Positions 13,896-23,439 of a DNA stretch of 24,000 bases are shown piece after piece. Location: NCBI GenBank assembly GCA_003555395.1, contig PWHU01000003.1:920-24919 (forward strand), written 5' to 3'. The notes below the pieces were generated by a model, which saw only the letters and a list, made by a program, of their open reading frames with translations, was not told where the DNA came from and did not search any database. The stretch is from Thermoplasmata archaeon. Its GTDB lineage: Archaea; Thermoplasmatota; Thermoplasmata; Halarchaeoplasmatales; Halarchaeoplasmataceae. Both the position numbers and the translations under genes were made by a program. How positions within the stretch are numbered: the first letter of the stretch is position 1; every line of letters begins with the position of its first letter.

Positions 13896-15556
13896 AGCTG
13901 ATGAACTCATACCAGAACCTGGATATATCCATACCCGATTATATACTGAGGATCATCATACCCGCTACATTTTTGGGCCTGATGACATCGCTTTTATTAG
14001 GACTCGCACTACCATGGATCTTTCTTGAGACCTACTTCATAATCACGCTTTACGTCCTGCCGGTTTTTTTTACCGTAGTTGCTCTATTTTATCCCGTGAT
14101 AAAAGAGGAAATAAGAAGCATGAAGATAGATAGGGACATGCATCTCTTCATAACAAGGTTAGGCGCTCTTTCCGCCTCGGAGATATCGGATAGAGGCTTC
14201 AGAGAGATCTTTTCCGAGATGGAGATGTATGGAGAATTGGGGGAAGAGATCAGGAGATTGGAGAGGTTAGCCACTAAATGGAATATGTCTTTATCGGAGG
14301 CCTCTCGGACTGTGTCAAAAAACACACCCAGCGAGATGCTTTCTGACTTTTTGGAAAGGTTGGCCTATGCCCTTGAGACTCAAACTAGTCCTAAGGATTT
14401 TTTTAAAGATGAACAGGAAACGGTTATGGACGACTATTCCAATAAATTTGAGAACACGCTGTTCCGTTTGGACGTTATAAGGGAGCTGTATATAGCGGGG
14501 GTAACGATCTGCCTCTTCGGTATGGTTTTAGCGGTGATAACTCCTCTTCTTATGAATATCAACAGTCGTTTGCTGATAACACTAGTGTTCTTCCTATTTG
14601 TGGTTGTTTCCTTCGTCTCGGGCTGGGTTTTTTTGAAGGTGATCCCGAAGACAAGGATTTGGTACGAAGGCGAAATGACTAGTAAAATAGATGAGAGACT
14701 TAACAACCTATTTATCGGGAGCTTAGCCGTTTCGTGCATCATCTCGATCCCTGTTCTATTTTTTATGGAATTTTCTTTACTGCTCAAGTCGGCTTTGATA
14801 TTGAGCCCTTTGATAGTTCCAGGCATCGTTGCAGGGGTGGAAGAAAGCCGAATACTCCGACGTGATTCTAACTTTCCTTCTTTCATCCGTGCTTTAGCGG
14901 GTAACAGTCCCGCCCAAACCTCGGATCACACGGAGAGCGTTGGCAAACTACGCTACCACGACCTCGGCAAATTGACGGAAAATATAAGATCTCTCTATAG
15001 AAGATTAAAGATGAACATAGATTCTGAATCATCTTGGCGACACTTCGGTTCGGAGACGGGAAGCTTTTTCATAGACGAATTCAGTAGTATATTTCTGACG
15101 GCATCTCAGCACGGAGCTCATCCTGAAGAAACCGCCCCGATAATCAGTGAGAACTTCATCGAGGTAAACGGGCTGAGAAAGCAAAAGATAATGAGAGCGA
15201 AATCACTTCAGAGTGTATTTTATGGTGTCATAATAGTGCTAACCTTAACTATGGTGGCTGTCTTCATGATCGTTGACGAGATCAATGATATAATCGCTGA
15301 GGCGGAAATACCCACTGAGATGGGTGGTATGTTCGAAGATTTAGGCTTTATAAGAACTACTCCTATCGATCTTGCTGCATATCATGACCTAATATTAGTT
15401 ATGATCTTCACGCAGGCAGTTACCGCTACGTTGGTTTGTTGGCATGTTAAAGGAGAGCACAGATACATTTCTATAGCTAAATTTTCGATCATGATCTGGC
15501 TTGCCGTGATCGCTTACTATACAGCCCGATGGGGGGTTTCGATAATATTTGGTTGA
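13892..15556 (+). CDS. arlJ: archaellum membrane platform protein ArlJ (FlaJ)
   Basis: GTGA overlap with the arlI stop, with AGGGGGT 7 nt upstream. 554 aa polytopic membrane protein with two cytoplasmic helical domains between TM clusters (GspF/TadC-like architecture). Canonical position after arlI. Confidence 0.9.
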   Translation: MKLMNSYQNLDISIPDYILRIIIPATFLGLMTSLLLGLALPWIFLETYFIITLYVLPVFFTVVALFYPVIKEEIRSMKIDRDMHLFITRLGALSASEISDRGFREIFSEMEMYGELGEEIRRLERLATKWNMSLSEASRTVSKNTPSEMLSDFLERLAYALETQTSPKDFFKDEQETVMDDYSNKFENTLFRLDVIRELYIAGVTICLFGMVLAVITPLLMNINSRLLITLVFFLFVVVSFVSGWVFLKVIPKTRIWYEGEMTSKIDERLNNLFIGSLAVSCIISIPVLFFMEFSLLLKSALILSPLIVPGIVAGVEESRILRRDSNFPSFIRALAGNSPAQTSDHTESVGKLRYHDLGKLTENIRSLYRRLKMNIDSESSWRHFGSETGSFFIDEFSSIFLTASQHGAHPEETAPIISENFIEVNGLRKQKIMRAKSLQSVFYGVIIVLTLTMVAVFMIVDEINDIIAEAEIPTEMGGMFEDLGFIRTTPIDLAAYHDLILVMIFTQAVTATLVCWHVKGEHRYISIAKFSIMIWLAVIAYYTARWGVSIIFG

Positions 15557-15612
15557 TTAAAAATTTAAGAGGCGGTAGGATTGAAAAACTCCTATATACG
15601 AGGGACGAAATA

Positions 15613-18600
15613 ATGAGGAAGCAGATGAATTTAAGATGGCCCTGTGTGCTTGCGGTTTTGATCTTATTCCTGAGCGTAGCTTCCCCGTTGGTAGGTTCGG
15701 TTTCAGGCGTGGAAGAAGTATCTCGATCCTTTGAATCAACGACTTCAGAGTCTATAGTATCATCTAGCTTTACAGCAAGTATCGATAGAGGTACTATCGA
15801 TTCTGAAGAGTACGATGTCGTGGTAAATGCGCCTTCTCAACGTGAAGGAAACTATGGAGAAACATTGGTCTATATATTCGAGGTGCTCAATAACGGTACA
15901 GAAACGGATTCATATGTGTGGGAAGCCGAATCTGGACATGATTGGCTGGTTTCAGATACGGAGGGTACTATAGAAGATCTTCCGGCGAACGAAACAGCGG
16001 AAGTCATGCTTACGATTCAAATACCTGAAGACGCCGATCCTTACACGGCCGACAGACTGGTATTCGAGGCTTCTTCCCAAAACGATCCCGCGGTATCTGA
16101 CAGCGGTGTGACTTATACTTATACTGATGCTAGATATGGTAGCTCAATCGAGCCCACCATAGATAGGATCGAGAGAACCCCGGGCACTAATGTTACTATC
16201 ACCTATAACTTAAAAAACGTTGGTAATGTGATGGACTCTTATGAGCTTATACCATACGTGGACAATCCCTATTGGGAAGTATCATCAAGAGAAAGCACAG
16301 AGATGTTGGAACCAGAGGAATCGACTCAAGTCGATGTTGAAGTCTCAATCCCTGAAGTGGGGATGGACTACAAGCTCGAGGAGAAAGATATCTATTATGG
16401 AGCTAGGAAGAACATCGTTTTGAACGCTCAGGCGGGCAATGGTATAATAAATACGACTTCACCGGTACCGTCAGTGGATATCGGCCAGCATTTTTCTGCC
16501 AATCTAAGGCCCTTGACCCCATCCAAACATATAGAATATTCTGAGACCACTACCGATATCGAATTCGATCTCGAAGTCCGAAATCTCTGTAATGTGAGGG
16601 ATGAAGAAGAGTCCAAGATGGATATCGAGGTTTCAGAGAAGAATAAGACCTTTGAAACGCTTGTCGATGTTGATGAGCAAACAGAGGCTAAAAGATGGTC
16701 AACTTCTGTTAGTGCACCAAACGTGACCCTTGCGGGCGGAGAAACCGACGAGATAAGGACAAGGATTACTGCGCCCCGGGCTCCTTTGAACGGCACTTTT
16801 TTAGCTCAGTTCGTGGCACGTCCTCATCCTCACAACGAGGTCTCCGAACAATTCATACACAATGGAACTGGAGAAGTTGCTGTCATTGTCAACCAAACCG
16901 GAGATGTTATTGTATCGCCGGTAGAAGAGGAAGTTAACGGGAGACCCGAAGAAAAGGTCCGGCTAGATTTCACCGTAAAAAATACCGGTAACGGTATAGA
17001 TGCATACCAATTACTTTCAACCACTGTAAGTCGATGGGAATCTGAAGTGGTGGCGGTCGAAGGAGAGGATACCGAGGTCGTAGGATATCTTCATCCTTCC
17101 GAGACGGCTAACGTAACTGTCGAGGTCACGATCCCTAGGGTAACTGAACTGGGTCATGTCGAGGAGATAAAGTTGACATCTATATCTCTTTTTGAGAAGG
17201 ATCATCATGACGAAACCGTATCAGATACGGCCAGCGCATTCATAACAGTAGGAGAAGGATACTCCGTGATATTGGAACCAGACATGAACAGTACCGCGGT
17301 CTATCCAGAGGAAACAGCGATCTTTACAATAAACGTCACCAACGCTGGAAACATAAGAGATACGATCACCTTATCACTTGAACATATGGACGATAACAGG
17401 TGGAAGACTGAGCTTGAGAAGACCTCGGTCACACTCGATAGATGGAACACCACTTCTATACACCTGAATGTAACCCCTACCTCGGACGCCATTCATGAAG
17501 AGCCCTTCAACGTCAGTGTTATCGGTAGGAGTCAAGGGAATAGAAGTAAGTACGATACAGCTAACGCCACGGCTCAAGTTGTACAGGTCCCTGATGTAGA
17601 TATAGATATAGTTGATCAGGATATATACATCAAGCCTGGAGAGACTCTAGATATCAACCTCAGCATCAGTAACGAGGGTAATACCAACGATACTTTCCAA
17701 CTCGGAGCTAGAACAGAAAACGAGTATTGGGAGGTCGTTATACAAGAGGAATTCGTAGAACTCGAACCTTTGAAATCAGATTACATGAACGTGAGTATAA
17801 CGGCTCCAGATGTACCTGAAGATCCGTCCCGTGAAAGGCTAGAAGAACTTGGTATATTAGGAAATAGTCAATTCGAGGTGATATTCAACGCTACATCCCA
17901 GATAGATGAAACAGTCAATGACAGTATAGTGGGTGAATTGACCGTCGAGCAAGTTCGCAGACATAGGATGATCTCTTTAGGTACCCAGGATGTAATACCA
18001 GGTAAAAGTGCTGAACACGAGATAGAAGTTTTCAACTTAGGTAACGCTGAAGATACGGTAAATCTGAATATCATTTCTGAAGATGACGAAGATTACATAG
18101 ATCATGCTCAATTCGATAAGGACTCCGTACATCTAGATATCGGTGGAAAATCCATAGTCAACCTTTCCGTTCAGGTACCGATCGAATCCGAACCATATCT
18201 GGGTCAAAGGATCGAGATGACTGTAGGGAATGAAGATTTCACGGAGGAAATCACAACGATAACAAGAGTGGTCATGATAGATTCTGACGAACCTTATAGG
18301 AACATAAAGATAGGTGAGAGCGCTGAATATGACATCACACTGGTTAACGTTCCGCTGCAAGGCGAAGATCTAAGTCCCGGGACTACCCTACATGATACCG
18401 TTAACCTTTCTGCACCGATAGAAGAACTTGAGAGAGAAGGCTGGAACGTGGCCTTCATCTATCAAGGAACCGAGTTGGATATCTCCAAAGATGACCTCGA
18501 ATTCGAAGAGGCTTATGAGAGTAAGGATCTTCTGGTAAGACTGGACGCTCCGAGGATAGAAAGGGAAGATGTGCTTATTTTTGAGATCAGTGCAGACTCG

Positions 18601-19830
18601 AGGCTTAGAGACCTCCCTGATGGGACCAACGCCCTAGAACTTGAAACCAGGATGTCATGGTTCGATCTAAGACCTGTAGATATAAACATAGATCCACGAA
18701 ACAACGGTAGGGAACTTCTGATCACATTCTCGATAGAGCGTTCTGGCAGTGAGGAGCTTTTCCCTGACATCGAAAACCAGTACCTTCACCCACCTATACC
18801 GTTCGAGCTTTTCGTTGATGGTGAGTTGATAGACGTTGAAAAAATAGCGTTTTTAGGGAGTGAAGATACAGGGTTAAATGAAGAGATATTTAGATACGAA
18901 GTGACATATGATGTTGATGATTGGAGATGGGGAGAGACCGTAAGAGAATACGATGTAGATGTGATCGTAGATCCTGAAGATGAGATATACATGATAAACG
19001 CTGCAGGAGATGCAGATGAAAACAACGAGATGAGGGAGAAGAGAATTGTTTCGAGGTACCACGGGTTACCCTATTGGCTTCCATTGATTCTATTCATCAT
19101 AGGCCTATTCGTTTTCGCCTTCTCATGGACATCTCTCGAAGGAAACAACAAGTTGTGCGTTCCCATGGGGATCTCATTAGGTATCTTGTTTGGATCGATG
19201 GTGATGTTCCCATGGCACTGGACAATAGATTCTTTTGAAACTATAAATTACTTGAACATGGGTATAATGATCGCCGGTATGATCATATTTGCCGCTTTCC
19301 TTTTCCTGATCCGATTTGAGATAAAGGATTATCTTAGTTCCGTTACCTATCATATAATCAAAGAAAATCCAAGGGATCAAATTGCCTCTAAAAAAGCTTA
19401 CGAAGAGGATGCAGAAAACGATGAAAAGACAGTGAAAAAGGCAGGATGGGTTACGGAAGAAGATACGACGGATGAGGAACTAGAAGATGAAGAACCTCCT
19501 TCCTCTTACATCTATCAGCTAGCTTTATCCTTGACAGGAGCCGTCACTTACCTAGCGTTTTTACTTATCACCAATCTAGACTTGATATTTATAGGTGATA
19601 ATGTGGGGCTCTTGACAAGCGGTTTCTTGAATATCCCGTATCTTGTTTTGATACCCAACATCGTTTTCGTAGGAGTCTACGCCTGTATCGGTTTCTTAGT
19701 TGCAGTCTCCGTGACAAAACTCTATGAAAAGCTATGGAAGAGGATATCATCTAATGAGGAGATGATAACAGAATTGAAGGTAAAAGCTGAAAAGATCATC
19801 ACGGAAGGTGAAAAGAGTGTCTCCAACTGA
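15613..19830 (+). CDS. giant secreted surface protein: ~9 tandem CARDB/NEW3-like beta-sandwich domains plus a C-terminal five-TM membrane module
   Basis: The track ORF begins at 15529, inside arlJ. I call ATG 15613 (GAGGGA 8 nt upstream), which gives the signal peptide MRKQMNLRWPCVLAVLILFLSVASPLVGSVSG. The motif N-x-G-N-x-x-D-[ST] recurs about every 100 aa (LNNGTETDSY, KNVGNVMDSY, KNTGNGIDAY, TNAGNIRDTI, SNEGNTNDTF, FNLGNAEDTV), each followed by a W-containing strand and ...V-x-V-x-[IV]P. The last domain (nt ~18670-19030) ends DPEDEIYMINAAGDADENNE, like CARDB. TM helices span nt ~19066-19715 with an acidic loop. Confidence 0.85.
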   Translation: MRKQMNLRWPCVLAVLILFLSVASPLVGSVSGVEEVSRSFESTTSESIVSSSFTASIDRGTIDSEEYDVVVNAPSQREGNYGETLVYIFEVLNNGTETDSYVWEAESGHDWLVSDTEGTIEDLPANETAEVMLTIQIPEDADPYTADRLVFEASSQNDPAVSDSGVTYTYTDARYGSSIEPTIDRIERTPGTNVTITYNLKNVGNVMDSYELIPYVDNPYWEVSSRESTEMLEPEESTQVDVEVSIPEVGMDYKLEEKDIYYGARKNIVLNAQAGNGIINTTSPVPSVDIGQHFSANLRPLTPSKHIEYSETTTDIEFDLEVRNLCNVRDEEESKMDIEVSEKNKTFETLVDVDEQTEAKRWSTSVSAPNVTLAGGETDEIRTRITAPRAPLNGTFLAQFVARPHPHNEVSEQFIHNGTGEVAVIVNQTGDVIVSPVEEEVNGRPEEKVRLDFTVKNTGNGIDAYQLLSTTVSRWESEVVAVEGEDTEVVGYLHPSETANVTVEVTIPRVTELGHVEEIKLTSISLFEKDHHDETVSDTASAFITVGEGYSVILEPDMNSTAVYPEETAIFTINVTNAGNIRDTITLSLEHMDDNRWKTELEKTSVTLDRWNTTSIHLNVTPTSDAIHEEPFNVSVIGRSQGNRSKYDTANATAQVVQVPDVDIDIVDQDIYIKPGETLDINLSISNEGNTNDTFQLGARTENEYWEVVIQEEFVELEPLKSDYMNVSITAPDVPEDPSRERLEELGILGNSQFEVIFNATSQIDETVNDSIVGELTVEQVRRHRMISLGTQDVIPGKSAEHEIEVFNLGNAEDTVNLNIISEDDEDYIDHAQFDKDSVHLDIGGKSIVNLSVQVPIESEPYLGQRIEMTVGNEDFTEEITTITRVVMIDSDEPYRNIKIGESAEYDITLVNVPLQGEDLSPGTTLHDTVNLSAPIEELEREGWNVAFIYQGTELDISKDDLEFEEAYESKDLLVRLDAPRIEREDVLIFEISADSRLRDLPDGTNALELETRMSWFDLRPVDINIDPRNNGRELLITFSIERSGSEELFPDIENQYLHPPIPFELFVDGELIDVEKIAFLGSEDTGLNEEIFRYEVTYDVDDWRWGETVREYDVDVIVDPEDEIYMINAAGDADENNEMREKRIVSRYHGLPYWLPLILFIIGLFVFAFSWTSLEGNNKLCVPMGISLGILFGSMVMFPWHWTIDSFETINYLNMGIMIAGMIIFAAFLFLIRFEIKDYLSSVTYHIIKENPRDQIASKKAYEEDAENDEKTVKKAGWVTEEDTTDEELEDEEPPSSYIYQLALSLTGAVTYLAFLLITNLDLIFIGDNVGLLTSGFLNIPYLVLIPNIVFVGVYACIGFLVAVSVTKLYEKLWKRISSNEEMITELKVKAEKIITEGEKSVSN

Positions 19831-21283
19831 AAAAGGTGAAATAGATCCTAAAAGTAGTTCAGAGATGAATTCGGAGAAGATATTGAGGGAGATGATGGAC
19901 AATTCCAAAGAATTGTTCAAAACTGGACATTACAAGGAATCTAAGAAGAAAACTGCTAGACTTGAGAAAGAGATTGACGAAGTCAAAAAGTATCAAAAGA
20001 ACGCTATCAACGAATTACAAAAATTGGAAAGCAAGATATATAGAAAGGAGAAGCAGGGTTATGAGGTAGAAGAGGCGAAGTCTTTACTTGAAGATTCAAA
20101 GGATGCGTTGGTAGAGATGGATTTTACTCGGGCCTTTGAACTAATGGAAGAAGCCCGAACCGCTCTAGAAAGGAGTTTATTTCTACCGTTTCCATTATTA
20201 GAGAAGAACGTAAGTCTAAAAACGGTTATAAGAAATGATGTCGGCAGGATAAATTTTAACTTTGAAATAATCAACAGGATGGATTCCCCCTTGGGTGAGA
20301 TATTGATCAATCTAGCGACTCCTTCTGGATTCAAAGAACTACCTGAGAAAAAATTGGGGATCATAAGGCCAAAAGAGAGCCGGTCCGTAGAAGCTATATT
20401 GAAACCTGATGATAAGATCGAAAGGAACAAGCTTGCCGATCTCATATTGAATAACAAGGTGATCATGACTTCTAATTTAGACTGTGCTTACAAATATCCT
20501 ATCTATAGAATATCTATAAAAAATATCAGTTCAAGACCGCTCAAGGACATCACGCTCAGGCCGTTCATCCCTGAATCTTTAGAATCTAAGGAAAGAAAAA
20601 AAGTGGTCGAATGGCTGGAACCTTCCGCTACTGCGTCCGTCACGTTCAAATTGTATCCTAAAACCATGAAAGAGGAGATGGAAGAGGAAGAGCAGAAGAA
20701 AGAAGAGCAAGAGCGAGAAGAAACTGATCAGGTAGGGAAAGAAGAAGCAGAGAAAGAGTCAGCCGTCCCTGAAAAAGAGGTAAAGGAGGAAGTAAAAGAC
20801 GAGGAAAAATTCCTACGAAAGGGTTCGAACTATCTTCTAGAAGGAGAGGAGATAGAACATTCTTATTCTATATTTTACCAGTACTTCTCTAAGCAGAAAA
20901 GAGCATTGGTGGTTACAACAACAGCTCCAAACAAGATCGCTGAGGAATTCAGTGTAGAAGTATCAAATGAAAATCTCATATGGTTATCTAACATAGAATC
21001 CGATGTTTTCCAGGTGATAAATCCTTCTGAAATTCACGATAAACTTACACGCAAAGTAGAAGAATTCGTACAAAATAACGAAGAAGGTGTAATATTCATA
21101 GACGAGTTGGAGAGGATTAAAGTGGAGAACGGCTTTAAAACAACACTAAAATTTTTAAAGGATATTTGGAACATCACTGCTCCTCCCGAATTCACTCTCC
21201 TCGTTCATGTTGATCCTGAAGCTTTTTCAGAGGATGAATTAAAAAGAATGAAAGAAGAGCTTCGATTGTATCAAGTGGCCTGA
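19808..21283 (+). CDS. cytoplasmic coiled-coil / beta-sandwich / E-K-rich linker / DUF835-like domain protein
   Basis: The ORF overlaps the end of the giant gene. Possible starts are GTG 19808, GTG 19817 (GAAGGTGA 6 nt upstream) or ATG 19865. No signal peptide or TM. The C-terminal ~150 aa (nt 20819-21271), GSNYLLEGEE...ALVVTTTAPNKIAEEF...NLIWLSNIE...INPSEIHDKL...EGVIFIDELERIKVENGFKTTLKFLKDIWNI...TLLVHVDPEAFSEDEL, match my recollection of the archaeal DUF835 (PF05763) pattern. Confidence 0.72.
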   Translation: MKRVSPTEKGEIDPKSSSEMNSEKILREMMDNSKELFKTGHYKESKKKTARLEKEIDEVKKYQKNAINELQKLESKIYRKEKQGYEVEEAKSLLEDSKDALVEMDFTRAFELMEEARTALERSLFLPFPLLEKNVSLKTVIRNDVGRINFNFEIINRMDSPLGEILINLATPSGFKELPEKKLGIIRPKESRSVEAILKPDDKIERNKLADLILNNKVIMTSNLDCAYKYPIYRISIKNISSRPLKDITLRPFIPESLESKERKKVVEWLEPSATASVTFKLYPKTMKEEMEEEEQKKEEQEREETDQVGKEEAEKESAVPEKEVKEEVKDEEKFLRKGSNYLLEGEEIEHSYSIFYQYFSKQKRALVVTTTAPNKIAEEFSVEVSNENLIWLSNIESDVFQVINPSEIHDKLTRKVEEFVQNNEEGVIFIDELERIKVENGFKTTLKFLKDIWNITAPPEFTLLVHVDPEAFSEDELKRMKEELRLYQVA

Positions 21284-21322
21284 TGCTAGAGTAGTCACTT
21301 CTATCGAGTTCGTAATCCTAGA

Positions 21323-23221
21323 TCATCCTACAAAGATAGCTCTTTTTGTTAGATATCTAGGCAGCGGAATGTCTCTGAAGGGCATGCCGTTCTGTTTCTT
21401 TTCATGCAGTTCTTTCAGCTCTTTTAGACCCATCTCCCTTTCTTTCTCCTCTCCTCTTATCCTTACTGAAAGTTTACCGCTTTCGATCTCTTTTGGACCT
21501 ATGACAGCAACGAAAGGAATCCATTCCTGTTCTGCCTGACGTATCTTTTTTCCGACGGTTCTATCCGTGTCGTCGATATCTACTCTCACGTTAATCTCTT
21601 CTAGGTCATCTACAAGTTCTTCGACGTGCTCCAACTGATCATCGGAAATAGGAACGAATCTGATCTGTGTGGGTGCGAGCCAGTATGGGAATGTCGGTTT
21701 TTCTCCACTATTCTCCTGCATGGCTGCCCGCTCGAGGAGGGTGAACATGACCCTCTCTATAGCACCGCTAGGAGAGAGATGTAATATATATGGATGCCTT
21801 TCTTTGCCATCCTCATCTATGTATTTTATGTCGTACCTTTCTCCCTGCTCTACGTCCACCTGGTCAGTCACAAGTGCTGATGCTCTTCCCAACGGATCGA
21901 GGAAGTTGAACTCGTACTTAAGTGCAAAATAAGAGTACTGTTCGTCCCACAGCTCTATCAAAGCTGGCTTACCATAATTATCCACAAGTTTTTCTACCTG
22001 CTCCCGATTGTTCTCGAAATAATCTTGAGTAGCTCTAACCACTAACTCTAAGTCTTCTAGAACATTTATACCTATGTCGTTGACAACAGAAATGGCTAGG
22101 TTCATCCTGGTCATCATCTCGTCTTTGGCCTGCTCAAGGTCCTTACACATGGCGTGACAGTCAGGCATGGTGAATGCTCTGAGCCTTCTCAGACCCGTCA
22201 ATTCGCCTCTCTGTTCCACTCTGAAAGAATATCTAGTCAATTCATACAATCTTACCGGCATGTTTCTGTAAGAGAGGGTCATGTCACGTGTCATCAGGAA
22301 TTGGCCGAAACAGGCCGCAAATCTTAGAAAGACGTTCTTATCCGGGGTTTCCATCCTGTACTGCCTTGCTGGAAACCGGTTAAGATGTTTTTTCAGAGCC
22401 GGATGATCGATATCGTACATTATAGGGGATTCGATCTCCATAGCGCCGTAATCCCTAGTCCTTTCACTCACGTAATCTTCAAGAAGACCTTTCATCATCC
22501 TTCCTTTAGGATAGAATCTGAGATTTCCTGGGTCGGAGCCCTCTTCATAATCCACCAGTTCATGTCTCCTCATCAGCTCTATGTGAGGTGATTCGGCGCC
22601 TCCTTTTTCTTTTTCCCCAGCCTCGTACAGAACAAAATCCTTCAGCTTTCCGTTCCCTTTAAAATCGTAGCCTTCCACATCTTTACCATCGATATCCAAC
22701 TCATGAAGCGTGCCGTCTACATCCATTATGCCCCAGGTGGATTGCAGGGTCTCTTCTGCTTTCAATGCCTTGGATACGACCTCTTCTTTCTCTCCTTCCT
22801 CTTCAACGACGACTTCCTTGGATAGTTCCGAGAGTGGATGACCCTTACAGCTTAGCTGGAATGCTTTGTACCAGCCGAATGGAGACCTATGAACTTTGTA
22901 ATCATGACTGAGTTCATCCTCTAATCCTTTCAAAATCTCTACAGCAGTAGCAGGATCACCGAGTTCCGAGCTAAGATGTGCATAAGGATAGATCATTATC
23001 TTATCTACGTCCAGTTTTTCTGCAGTATCTTTTATATCGTTTACTCCTTTTGCTATCACCTTTTCTACCTTGTTCTCATCCCTTTCTTCGACCGCGGTGA
23101 AAACGGAGAGGCATTCTTTCATCTCGCCCTCTTTCATCTCTTCTTCTATCTCTTCGGCTACGGGTGTTTCTTTCTTCACCTGATATTTCAGATAATCCGA
23201 ATGTATCAAAAGTATCTTCAT
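21323..23221 (-). CDS. thrS: threonine--tRNA ligase, archaeal type with an N-terminal archaea-specific editing domain
   Basis: N-terminus MKILLIHSDYLKYQVKKETPVAEE... is typical of the archaeal ThrRS editing domain. Class II core motifs are present (FYPKGRMM, RLYELTRYSFRVEQRGELTGLRRLRAFTMPDCH), as is a C-terminal anticodon-binding domain. GAGGTGAT lies 5 nt upstream of the ATG. Confidence 0.95.
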   Translation of the reverse strand: MKILLIHSDYLKYQVKKETPVAEEIEEEMKEGEMKECLSVFTAVEERDENKVEKVIAKGVNDIKDTAEKLDVDKIMIYPYAHLSSELGDPATAVEILKGLEDELSHDYKVHRSPFGWYKAFQLSCKGHPLSELSKEVVVEEEGEKEEVVSKALKAEETLQSTWGIMDVDGTLHELDIDGKDVEGYDFKGNGKLKDFVLYEAGEKEKGGAESPHIELMRRHELVDYEEGSDPGNLRFYPKGRMMKGLLEDYVSERTRDYGAMEIESPIMYDIDHPALKKHLNRFPARQYRMETPDKNVFLRFAACFGQFLMTRDMTLSYRNMPVRLYELTRYSFRVEQRGELTGLRRLRAFTMPDCHAMCKDLEQAKDEMMTRMNLAISVVNDIGINVLEDLELVVRATQDYFENNREQVEKLVDNYGKPALIELWDEQYSYFALKYEFNFLDPLGRASALVTDQVDVEQGERYDIKYIDEDGKERHPYILHLSPSGAIERVMFTLLERAAMQENSGEKPTFPYWLAPTQIRFVPISDDQLEHVEELVDDLEEINVRVDIDDTDRTVGKKIRQAEQEWIPFVAVIGPKEIESGKLSVRIRGEEKEREMGLKELKELHEKKQNGMPFRDIPLPRYLTKRAIFVG

Positions 23222-23232
23222 CTATATCACCT

Positions 23233-23439
23233 CTAGATTATACCAGTCAGAGCCGGTACGACTATACTACCTATTATCAGACCGAAAAGAAGTCCTATCA
23301 AGAAGGCTACAAGCACTTCCATCGGTCCGCTTTCAATTATATATCTTTCCTTTTCGTCTTCTCTCACTTTTCCATACCTGACCTCGGCTAACCTTTTTTC
23401 CCACTCTAAATTATCTATAGTCTCATCTAACTCACTCAT
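23233..23439 (-). CDS. tail-anchored small membrane protein (68 aa), hypothetical
   Basis: Acidic helical N-terminus plus one C-terminal TM (MEVLVAFLIGLLFGLIIGSIVVPALTGII). Its start overlaps the upstream gene's stop by 8 nt, and it ends 11 nt before the thrS start codon. Confidence 0.55.
   Translation of the reverse strand: MSELDETIDNLEWEKRLAEVRYGKVREDEKERYIIESGPMEVLVAFLIGLLFGLIIGSIVVPALTGII

Noticed and set aside
15529-15612. N-terminal 28-codon extension of the giant ORF (track start at 15529)
   Set aside because: It would overlap the last 28 nt of arlJ and place 28 non-hydrophobic residues before an obvious signal peptide. ATG 15613 has an SD and yields a canonical n-h-c signal sequence.
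14434-20466. Other antisense ORFs inside arlJ, the giant gene and the DUF835-like gene (e.g. 14434-14886, 16428-16796, 18513-18770, 18786-19025, 20059-20466), plus 2256-2569 (-) across the Roadblock/hutU junction
   Set aside because: Each is nested opposite a longer ORF with strong family or architectural support. They are low-complexity S/L/I-rich translations with no start-site signals.
20663-20812. Purine-rich repetitive DNA (GAAGAGGAAGAGCAGAAGAAAGAAGAGCAAGAG...), considered as a possible tandem repeat or array
   Set aside because: It is in frame within the 19808-21283 ORF and encodes an E/K-rich linker. It has no fixed repeat unit or spacer structure and is not CRISPR-like.
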